DNA of 64,000 nucleotides from IMG/VR virus record IMGVR_UViG_2548877036_000001; one strand, written 5' to 3'. This DNA is from an uncultured virus (IMG/VR IMGVR_UViG_2548877036_000001) (Duplodnaviria > Heunggongvirae > Uroviricota > Caudoviricetes). A model generated the notes under the pieces. It was not told where the DNA came from and did no database searches. It was given only the letters and a program-made list of their open reading frames with translations. This document shows positions 56,341 through 64,000 of this stretch, one piece after another. The position numbers and the translations under genes are program-made. Position 1 is the first letter of the stretch; the number at the start of each line of letters is the position of its first letter.

Positions 56341-56659
56341 CACGCTCACCTCCACCCCAATCATCCTCCAACTAGTGGGGATCGGAAACCTCCCCAGGCT
56401 GCGAGCTACATCGCACAGCTTGCCTTGCCGTGACCTGGCGAAGGGGGTGATTCACCAGATTCAACCGCAGCGTAGCGCCCAGGATCTGCCGGCGACTCTC
56501 GACACTCTGCACACCGCTGTTTGTGCACAATCGGTGAGAATCACCCAAAATCCGGGGACGTGACATGAATTCGCGACTTTCATCATTTCCGCAGGTCAGG
56601 CGGTTTCGCGTCAACGAGGTCCGACGCACGAACACGCGTGCAGCTACCTGAAATGTGCG

Positions 56660-57514
56660 GTGACGTGCCACGATGTGTTTGTGGCAAAGAGATACCGGCT
56701 CGTTTGCGCGCTGGCTGCCGCTGCTGCAGCGGTGTCAGCGTGCTCTACAGCCGTGTCCGGAACACCGGTCTCTGATACGCCAAATGCGCCAGCCGCCGGC
56801 GCCGCTGTCTCGGCTACACCCAGCGGGGTGACCACCCGCTGGATCGATGTCTCCGGACAGGGTGTCATCGTGAAGGACTCCCGCGGTACGCAATTTGGTG
56901 CGCTCCCCTACCCGGGAGCCGTCATCGCCCAGCGCCAAACCAATGGATCCACGAAGGAATGCACACTGGGTCCCGCTGTTGCGGACAAGAGCACGAAGCG
57001 GACCGGGTTTGTCGGCGCCGGACACTGCGACAACTCCCCCGGCGGTCAAACCTTCGTCTTCGCAGACTCCGAAGGTGCTGAACCGGTCCCTGTCGGGGTG
57101 TACGCCAACTCCAAGGATGGGCCAACTCCGCTGGGCTACAGCGATTCAGCGGTGATTTGGTCCAAAATCCTGGACCCGAGATCCACCCTCATTGCAGGCA
57201 CCTGGCCAGTGGATGGCGTCATGCCATCCAGCGACGTGCGCAAGCTGCGCGCAGGGACACCGATCTGCATCGACGGAGCAGTTTCCGGCGTCATCTGCAG
57301 TCCGCTGATCGCAGCCGATGACTCATACATCCGCTCCGTGCCTATCACCCAGCACGGAGACAGCGGAGCCCCTGTGTTTATCGTCGACGAGCAGACCCGA
57401 CACGCGACACTGATCGGCATTGTCAGCGGCACCGAGAACGGCCAAGACGAATCGACCTTTCTCGAAGCTGAGCTGACGAGGCTTGGCGCCACGGCACTCA
57501 CCGCAACCCCTTAA
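56660..57514 (+). CDS. lipoprotein with trypsin-like serine protease domain
   Basis: lipobox VSAC; AGHC, SDSAVI, GDSGAP triad motifs; true start may be slightly downstream. Confidence 0.85.
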   Translation: MTCHDVFVAKRYRLVCALAAAAAAVSACSTAVSGTPVSDTPNAPAAGAAVSATPSGVTTRWIDVSGQGVIVKDSRGTQFGALPYPGAVIAQRQTNGSTKECTLGPAVADKSTKRTGFVGAGHCDNSPGGQTFVFADSEGAEPVPVGVYANSKDGPTPLGYSDSAVIWSKILDPRSTLIAGTWPVDGVMPSSDVRKLRAGTPICIDGAVSGVICSPLIAADDSYIRSVPITQHGDSGAPVFIVDEQTRHATLIGIVSGTENGQDESTFLEAELTRLGATALTATP

Positions 57515-57562
57515 TCCGCGCCGCGGCCTTCACCTGCGCATTTCCGCTGGCATCCTGAACCC

Positions 57563-58906
57563 ATGCCACAAACGACAGCCAGCGGCTTCGATATGTCTTT
57601 CCTCGATAGTGGGCAAACGGCCGGCGTGTTTTCGGACATCGCCTCCGCGACAGACACGTGGAACACACAGTTGGGTGCGCACATCGACGAGCTCGCACAA
57701 CTCTCCGACAGCGAGACAATCTCGGCGGCGATCAACCAACTAGGCCGGGCCCGTGAAGGACTCAGCGCCGGCGGTTACGCCCTGGCGGCCAGCAGCGCGG
57801 CGCTGGCCGCACAGAAGAGCGCCGATGATCAGTGGCGCAGGGCTCCACAGGACGACGAGCTCGAGGAAGCACGCCGCGCCGTCACCGAAGCCAGCAAGGA
57901 GCTGGCGGCGGCCGCCGACAGCCAAGCGGCAATCGCGGCCGAAGCCAAACTGAAAGCCGCCATCGAGCATTCGCGTGACTTGAATGAGCGCCGCCGGCAA
58001 GCCGACAAGGATTTCGTCGATGCCTCCGGAAAGGTTCAAGAGCGTCTCCGCGAGTTCAACCCTGAGGAGGGGAAGAACAAGAAACAGAAGGACAAGAAGG
58101 ACAACGAAAACGGTCGAGCGGTGCCGGGCAAGAAGCCTGAGCTTAAGGCCAGCGCATCTCCTGCTCCGTCGAATCATCGCGCCCCTGCTGCGCCCGGAGC
58201 GCCAGTTACCGCTCCATCCTCGCCGGCCGCACCGTCTGGATCCCCCAGCTCCGGGTCGCCCGCGTCAGACGCCGCACTGACCGCGCTTCTGCAGCGCACC
58301 GGTCAGCTTCCGCCTGCCCAACCGGCTCAGCAGCAGCAGCCGCCGCAGCAACAGCCTCAAACTGCACCGGCCGCCGCGGCTGGACCGTCGTCAGCGCCTT
58401 CACCGGTCAGCAACCCAAAGAGCAAGGTAGAAGGTGCGATCAACACCGACGACATTCCGGGCATCGCCGCTGCACCTGTCCCCATGGCCATGGGTCCTGT
58501 GGCCGGCCCTGCGCCCGCCGCAGCGGCATCGGCCGCGCCGGCACCTGCGACCAGCGGTAACTCCGCAGCGGACCTGTCCACCGACAGCAATGTCAGTGGC
58601 CGTCCCGACGCCCAGCGTGGCGCCTTCAATCAGCCCCACACGTCTGCCTCGGGAGCCACCGGTACCGCAACCGGCGCAGGAACCGGTACCAGCACCGGCC
58701 TCAACCAGAAAGGCATGCAGGCCGCGGGCATGCCCGCCACAGGTATGCCCATGGCCGGCATGCCGATGGCACCCGGGGCCGCTGGCAGCCGTGGCGGAAC
58801 GGTCAAGCCGGTACAAGCGCACCAGGACAGCAACGTCTATGAAGAGGGCGTTGTACGCGGCGGCACTATCGCGCAGAACCGCCCCGACTTCACTGAAAAG
58901 GGCTAG
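57563..58906 (+). CDS. helical N-terminus plus Pro/Ala-rich tail, possible ESX-associated protein
   Basis: coiled-coil N half; GMP-rich tail typical of Esp/PPE-like proteins. Confidence 0.6.
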   Translation: MPQTTASGFDMSFLDSGQTAGVFSDIASATDTWNTQLGAHIDELAQLSDSETISAAINQLGRAREGLSAGGYALAASSAALAAQKSADDQWRRAPQDDELEEARRAVTEASKELAAAADSQAAIAAEAKLKAAIEHSRDLNERRRQADKDFVDASGKVQERLREFNPEEGKNKKQKDKKDNENGRAVPGKKPELKASASPAPSNHRAPAAPGAPVTAPSSPAAPSGSPSSGSPASDAALTALLQRTGQLPPAQPAQQQQPPQQQPQTAPAAAAGPSSAPSPVSNPKSKVEGAINTDDIPGIAAAPVPMAMGPVAGPAPAAAASAAPAPATSGNSAADLSTDSNVSGRPDAQRGAFNQPHTSASGATGTATGAGTGTSTGLNQKGMQAAGMPATGMPMAGMPMAPGAAGSRGGTVKPVQAHQDSNVYEEGVVRGGTIAQNRPDFTEKG

Positions 58907-59019
58907 CCGGTCAACGCACGAGGCTGAACTGATGTGCGGGCGGCATCTCACTCCAGGTCCTCGGTCTGCAACCCAAGCATCCCGGGGGCTTGATTTAGCG
59001 CTCGCCTGGCTCGGACTGG

Positions 59020-59649
59020 TCAGTGCGTGTAGGCGTCGAAAACCCCGCGGAGACGTTGAAGCGCTTCCTCCCTCTCGCCGGCCTCCTCATACCAGCCGTT
59101 CGCAACCTGTTCGGCGATTACAGCCTCAGGAGTGAACTCCCTCCCGAACAGGCAGTCGCCCACCGCGTAGTCGAACCCCACATCGCGGCTAAAGCCGGTG
59201 CCCCCGAAGAGGGCGATGCCGTTCCTCTCGCAGTAGGTCAACAGGCCGTCCGCTATGTGCCAGGAGGCGCCGTCGAACCAGAAAACACCACTGGCGTGCG
59301 GGAGTGTCTTGCCAGTGGACGTCTCCGTCACGTTGTGAAATTCGTAACTCTCCGGTCTGTTCGCCACGAGTGCCACCAACTCTGCGGGCACACCTCTGAA
59401 CACTTCGAGCTGTGCGGCGTAGTCGCCGTCGTAGAAGTTCAGGACGCTCTCGTGCTCATAGGTCAGCAAGAGAACCTTGCCGTCGTCAGCGAAGAACCAG
59501 CCCGACGACTGTCCACCGCCGTCGTTCCACGCGTACCGCGTGCCGCCCGGGACCTCGACCGATTCGATGTCATTCCATTGGTCGACGATCGCCGCCCGGC
59601 GACGCACCTCGTCGATCGGTGTCTGCTTCAGATCCTCCCATGCGCTCAT
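59020..59649 (-). CDS. hypothetical protein (possible orphan immunity protein)
   Basis: acidic/aromatic protein, WNDGGGQ, YEHES, GVFWFDG. Confidence 0.65.
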   Translation of the reverse strand: MSAWEDLKQTPIDEVRRRAAIVDQWNDIESVEVPGGTRYAWNDGGGQSSGWFFADDGKVLLLTYEHESVLNFYDGDYAAQLEVFRGVPAELVALVANRPESYEFHNVTETSTGKTLPHASGVFWFDGASWHIADGLLTYCERNGIALFGGTGFSRDVGFDYAVGDCLFGREFTPEAVIAEQVANGWYEEAGEREEALQRLRGVFDAYTH

Positions 59650-59802
59650 GCGCCGAATCCTGTCACAGGACAACAGATGCAACATTCATCAACCGACTCT
59701 ACGTAAGGGCACACCACTTTCAGGGCACCAAAAAGAACCACCCCGCAGCGCGGGAGCGCATACGGGGCGGTACCTGTGGATAGGCGCTGGCGCGCCGGGT
59801 GT

Positions 59803-60117
59803 CTAGATGGCTGCGATGGCCGCGGAACCAGCTGTGCCGAGCGCCTCGAAGGCGACGTTCTCGGTGGTGGTCTCCGCTGCCCGTTCGCCGAGCTGCTCGA
59901 TGCCGGCGCCAAGCATGGCGATGAATTCCGCTGTGGTGGCCGCGTTCTGCGCGGTGGCTTGCACAGAGTCGGCGTCATTGCCCGGCGGCGTGCAGGCCGC
60001 GGCGATTGCCGTTGCGGATGACGACGCAGCGGTGAATCCGGTGGTCTCGGCGACCAGGCCGCCGACCTGGCCGACCACGTCGGCGAAGCTGCTCACTCCG
60101 GTGATTGCACTGGTCAT
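59803..60117 (-). CDS. PE-like ESX substrate
   Basis: 104 aa, Ala-rich, PPGNDADS turn motif; AGGAG RBS. Confidence 0.7.
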   Translation of the reverse strand: MTSAITGVSSFADVVGQVGGLVAETTGFTAASSSATAIAAACTPPGNDADSVQATAQNAATTAEFIAMLGAGIEQLGERAAETTTENVAFEALGTAGSAAIAAI

Positions 60118-60256
60118 GGTTGGTATCTCCTGCTGTCGGCGAATAGATGCTTGCTGTCATTCTGGCACGATAAAACCGGCATGACTACCGGCAAAATATG
60201 GCTTCTGGAGCGAGTAGTCGCACGTTCGGTGCTGAAAACGTGTATGCCACAGACAT

Positions 60257-60439
60257 TCAATTGGCTCGAATTCGAGGCGCTTCCAGGCTCAACGGCTTAC
60301 CGGACTCACCATCTTCGGTCATGAAATAGATCGAGGACATGATGTTTGCTGCTAGCTCCGCACCAGTGCGTTCGACCACTGGGCCACTCAAACGCACCAG
60401 CGGCCAGCCGCCGATGACGTGGACGTTGACCTGTGTCAT
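60257..60439 (-). CDS. small hypothetical protein
   Basis: ATGA-coupled to the upstream gene. Confidence 0.55.
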   Translation of the reverse strand: MTQVNVHVIGGWPLVRLSGPVVERTGAELAANIMSSIYFMTEDGESGKPLSLEAPRIRAN

Positions 60440-62481
60440 CGCTGCACCTGCGCAGGCACAGGTACGCGCAGCGCATTGCGCAGCATGTACCGGGCGCTGT
60501 CGATATCTCCGACTTCCTTGTCGGCGATCGCCGCTGCCAGCAAGAAATGCACCCAGGCTTCAGACCGCTCGGGGTTCCCGAACTCCCCTGACCAGCGCTG
60601 CTGCCAGACGTGATCCTCGAGCCAGGTCGCGGTCGCGCGTGGAGCACCCCACAGCCTGAGCAGGTACTCGATAACCGCGTCGACGTCTTCGGTATCGATT
60701 GCGTCGACCTCGGTGCGCGCTTGCGAACCGGGAATAACGTTCACCTCGGCCAGTTCGTGAGCGCCCAATACCAGCACGTCAGGCTGCTGTGACGCGGAGG
60801 GATCCGAGCTGACTACCGAGTCGAATGGTGCCACCAGCCCCAGCGCGACCGCATCGAGCAATGGGCGCCACGGTTGATCGCAGCCCAGCCAGCGCTGCAC
60901 GAAAGAGTCGGGAACCAGGGTGATCAGTGGAGTCAGATTCGGCTGCGCTTTGATGCCTCGGGACAGGAAGCCCAAACCGTCGCTGGTGACGAACACAGCT
61001 TGTGAGGCGCTGATCCCGACGGCGACGTTCGTGAGCACGCCGGCTCGCTGATGCATGCGGATCAAACCCGCGGTGATGGATGCGGCGACGTGCTGTAGGT
61101 CTGTCGCATGCGCCATTCCGCGGGCCTCGGTGCCGAAGTCGCGCAGCTCGTCGTCGGGGGCGCTCAAGTCGGGCCGGAACGCCTTCCCTTTGGACCGCTC
61201 GGCGACTGCCGCGGCCCAAGACCCGCTCGCACCTGTGGATGGTGCAGCAGCTGCGGGCGGCATCCCGACCATGGGCATCATCGGCGTGCCCGGTCCGGCG
61301 GCGGCCGCGACCGGGGTATGTCCATTCGGTGTGAGCGTCGAGCTGGCGGCTCCGGCATCACCCGATGAGGCGTGTGTCTGCGCGGATGGAGTCAGCGTGT
61401 CGGGCCCCGTGGCCGCTTCTCCGGATGAGGCCGTAGTGGTGGGAGATACCGCGGCCGGAGCCGCCGTTGTCGCGGGAGTGGTCGGCGGGTTGTGCGGCTT
61501 GCCGTCGGGCCCGGTCTCTGACTCTGGGGCGCTCGGCACCGAGTGACGACCGGTTTCGTTAGCCGCGCTCTTGGCTCCGAGACCGGCTGGGCCACCCAGG
61601 TGCGCACCCGATCCTGATTCTGTCCCCGGCAGGTCGACGCGGCGGGCGTTGGACAGCGAAGCGCCCTGGCCGGTCAGCCCAGCGTTTGTCGTGAGCTTCT
61701 TGAGGGCATCCTCGGTGATCGGGACGCCCTGACCCTTGCCCTTCATCAGTTCCTGGATCGCCTGCTGCGCCGATTGCACTGCGGGCTGCGCCATCTGGCC
61801 GATGTTGGGCATCTGCATGTTCGGCGGCTTCATCATCTGGCCGGCCACGTTCTGCAGCATTGACCCCAGAGCACCGTCGGGCATACCGGGAACGATGGGA
61901 TTCGAGCTCGATGTTGGCGCCATCGTTGACGGAATCTCCGGCGCCGCGCCTTTCTGCACACCGGCCACCAGTTGATCCTGGGTCGACTTGTGGTTCTTAC
62001 CCAGGGTGTTGGCCTGATCCTTGGCTTGCTGCAGCAGTTCGTCGTACTTCTGCTGGAACTCGGCCTGGTTCTTGGGCGAGGTGGGCCCACCCGAGCTTGC
62101 GTAGGAGGCAATCAGCTCCTCTACTGCGGCTTCGAAGTTGACCACCGTGCCGTTGAGTTGCACCTTGGTGTTCAAGATGTCCTGGGCCATGACGCTGACG
62201 CCTTGTCCCATGTTCAGTTGCTTGAGCGCACGGTCGAAGTTCGCACGCTGGTCCTCGGTGAAGTCTTCCAGCAGTGCTGTGGGCGTCTCACCGGTGGCGT
62301 TGGCCTCGATGAGCGCGAACATCGTGGAGGCTGTGTCCGAGGTACCCACCGACTTGGCCGACTCCTGAAACAGCTCGAGCACCTTCTGCGCCGTCATGGA
62401 CTCCGAGGTGACCGGGTAGTTGGACCCGATGATCTCCGCTGCGTGCGGAGTGGTTACCGGTGGCATGTCAGGCGTTGTCAC
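60436..62481 (-). CDS. EspK-like ESX-associated protein
   Basis: helical N-domain, Pro/Ala linker, C-domain VFVTSDGLGFL. Confidence 0.6.
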   Translation of the reverse strand: MTTPDMPPVTTPHAAEIIGSNYPVTSESMTAQKVLELFQESAKSVGTSDTASTMFALIEANATGETPTALLEDFTEDQRANFDRALKQLNMGQGVSVMAQDILNTKVQLNGTVVNFEAAVEELIASYASSGGPTSPKNQAEFQQKYDELLQQAKDQANTLGKNHKSTQDQLVAGVQKGAAPEIPSTMAPTSSSNPIVPGMPDGALGSMLQNVAGQMMKPPNMQMPNIGQMAQPAVQSAQQAIQELMKGKGQGVPITEDALKKLTTNAGLTGQGASLSNARRVDLPGTESGSGAHLGGPAGLGAKSAANETGRHSVPSAPESETGPDGKPHNPPTTPATTAAPAAVSPTTTASSGEAATGPDTLTPSAQTHASSGDAGAASSTLTPNGHTPVAAAAGPGTPMMPMVGMPPAAAAPSTGASGSWAAAVAERSKGKAFRPDLSAPDDELRDFGTEARGMAHATDLQHVAASITAGLIRMHQRAGVLTNVAVGISASQAVFVTSDGLGFLSRGIKAQPNLTPLITLVPDSFVQRWLGCDQPWRPLLDAVALGLVAPFDSVVSSDPSASQQPDVLVLGAHELAEVNVIPGSQARTEVDAIDTEDVDAVIEYLLRLWGAPRATATWLEDHVWQQRWSGEFGNPERSEAWVHFLLAAAIADKEVGDIDSARYMLRNALRVPVPAQVQR

Positions 62482-62563
62482 GAGAAGGTCCTTTCGCTGG
62501 TGCGGTGGCGACGATGATCACCGGAAGACAACGTGATAGCCCGCGCAGGCGCGAGAACACGGA

Positions 62564-63514
62564 TCATGCTGCGTTGACGACTCGGACGAACTGAGATCCG
62601 GGCGTGACGTTGGAGAACATGACGTTGGTGCCCGACTGTTGCGCCTCGACGACCATGCCGTCGCCGACATAGACCTGTACGTGCTTGCTCGGGTCGGTAG
62701 GAAACGCAAGGTCGCCAACTTCCGGCTCGCTTACCAGCTGACCAGCCGCGTACTGGTTCCCGGAACCGTGAGGAATGCTCACACCGGACGCCTGCGCGAT
62801 CAGATACTTGGCCAGCCCCTGGCAGTCGTATCCGATCTTGTTGTAGTCCCCGGCTGCGTCGGCGGCACCACCGTCATGAATGCCCTGTGTGGGGCCGTTG
62901 TCATCACCCCCGCCCCACGCATACGGGATCCCAGCGGCCACCACCTGCTTGGCGTTGTCGATGATGCGCTGCTGGAACTCGTTCTTGCCGACGCTGGTCG
63001 GTCCGGCCTTGCCTGCGCCTCCTGGCACCGATAGACCCTTGCCCGCACCCGAACCAACCGCGCTGTCTCCGTTACCGTTGAGCACATTCGAGATCGCGTT
63101 TTTGAGCGTGGGATCGGACAGCGATGACGGAAGTCCCTGCCCAGCTGAGGCAGCAGGAACCTGCGGCATCTGGGGCATGCCCTGCCCCATCTGACCAGCG
63201 GAGCCGAGTAGTCCAGAAGCCATCTGCCCCAGCGCCGGCAGCACACTGGCACCCATGCCGGAGATCTCGGAGGACCCGTTCTTGTCGATCGCGGTCTTAC
63301 CCGCCGAATCCTTCTTGGTCTTCCCGATTCCGTCGCCGACCTTATGCACGCCGCGCTTGGTCTGTTCGGAAGTGTCGTCGACGGCGGTGGACAGGCGGGG
63401 ATCAACCATTCCCGGCATCGGTTTGCCGTCAAGGCCTGTCGGCAACCCTTGCTGTGCTTGATCGCTCGCTGACTGAATGAGTCCGTCATCGGTGCTAATC
63501 GATGGTGTGGTCAT
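62564..63514 (-). CDS. NlpC/P60 peptidoglycan endopeptidase (RipA-like catalytic domain)
   Basis: GIPYAWGGG..GPTQG..GYDCQGL, GDLAF, HVQVYVGDGMVVEAQQSG; no classical signal peptide. Confidence 0.9.
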   Translation of the reverse strand: MTTPSISTDDGLIQSASDQAQQGLPTGLDGKPMPGMVDPRLSTAVDDTSEQTKRGVHKVGDGIGKTKKDSAGKTAIDKNGSSEISGMGASVLPALGQMASGLLGSAGQMGQGMPQMPQVPAASAGQGLPSSLSDPTLKNAISNVLNGNGDSAVGSGAGKGLSVPGGAGKAGPTSVGKNEFQQRIIDNAKQVVAAGIPYAWGGGDDNGPTQGIHDGGAADAAGDYNKIGYDCQGLAKYLIAQASGVSIPHGSGNQYAAGQLVSEPEVGDLAFPTDPSKHVQVYVGDGMVVEAQQSGTNVMFSNVTPGSQFVRVVNAA

Positions 63515-63519
63515 GGCCG

Positions 63520-63882
63520 CTAGGCCTCCTTCACCTTCGCAGCGCCGTGGCTGGCGATCGCGGAAAGCCCAGAAACGAGGGACTCAAGATCGCTGATCAC
63601 GTTGCCCAGCGAGGTATTGGCGGCGCCGATCTGTTCGTCGGCCTTCGAAACCGTCGTTCCCACCGTGCTGAGTGTGTCGTTGTAGACGGGGGCGATGAGT
63701 GTGCCGGTCGTGGTCCCAGAGGAGGTCACGCCCCTACTCGCTTCGGCATGGAGTGCCTCTGTGGCCCTCTTTCCCTCGGCGCTCTTGGCGTCGATCTCGC
63801 TGCGGATCGAAGCCAGCTTGTCGAGCATCTGGCGGAATCTGTCGGTGTCCTTGATCGAGACCGAGGCGTTGGTGGGTGTCAT
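63520..63882 (-). CDS. small helical ESX substrate-like protein
   Basis: ATG 63882 with AGGAG RBS; 120 aa, two predicted helices. Confidence 0.55.
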   Translation of the reverse strand: MTPTNASVSIKDTDRFRQMLDKLASIRSEIDAKSAEGKRATEALHAEASRGVTSSGTTTGTLIAPVYNDTLSTVGTTVSKADEQIGAANTSLGNVISDLESLVSGLSAIASHGAAKVKEA

Positions 63883-63905
63883 GGGTGGTGTCCCTCTCCT
63901 GCGGC

Positions 63906-64000
63906 CTAGGCCTTGGCGATGTCTTTGGCTGCTGCGGCGTCTGCGCCGGTGATCTTGGTGAACTTTTCGGTCATGGTTTTCGCGCATCCGTCCGCGGAGC
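63906..64000 (-). CDS. 3' end of a gene running off the window (possible ESX substrate)
   Basis: reads ..KTMTEKFTKITGADAAAAKDIAKA-stop. Confidence 0.45.
   Translation of the reverse strand, partial: SADGCAKTMTEKFTKITGADAAAAKDIAKA

Noticed and set aside
1..64000. Prophage
   Set aside because: Phage-like cargo is present but no terminase, portal, capsid, tail, lysin or integrase is visible in this window.

Overview
High-GC, actinobacterial (Mycobacteriaceae-like) accessory DNA, most consistent with part of a large ESX/type VII-carrying plasmid or integrated element. No capsid, terminase or integrase gene is visible. Layout: (1) 0.4-14.4 kb, + strand phage-like cargo: Pro/Ala protein with an E3-binding motif, a degenerate free-standing intein, an SF2 helicase with a Cys-rich insert, two WhiA paralogues, a J-domain protein and a DUF2786/HEXXH pair. 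(2) 14.4-26.1 kb, - strand run including an NAD-related operon (macro domain, Prs-like, RyR-domain, Nampt-like, NrtR-like) preceded by a clamp-like gene and a stand-alone EccC-like ATPase fragment. (3) Secreted HNH nuclease, LppX-like lipoprotein, eccC and eccB. (4) XRE regulators, a HAD nucleotidase and a vWA protein. (5) 39.2-48.7 kb, an array of 36 tRNA genes read by eye, covering all 20 amino acids, interleaved with a probable GOLLD RNA (with an embedded tRNA-Gln), a second unassigned structured RNA of about 485 nt, an HNH nuclease and a DEDD exonuclease. (6) A Tox-REase-5-like toxin with a tandem Imm52-like immunity gene, and an ImmA/IrrE peptidase plus nucleotide-cyclase-like pair. (7) ESX-associated genes (PE-like, EspK-like, NlpC/P60, WXG100-like). 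Two element-wide DNA motifs and a 12-bp-period repeat were also found. All family assignments come from motif recognition by eye; no searches were run.
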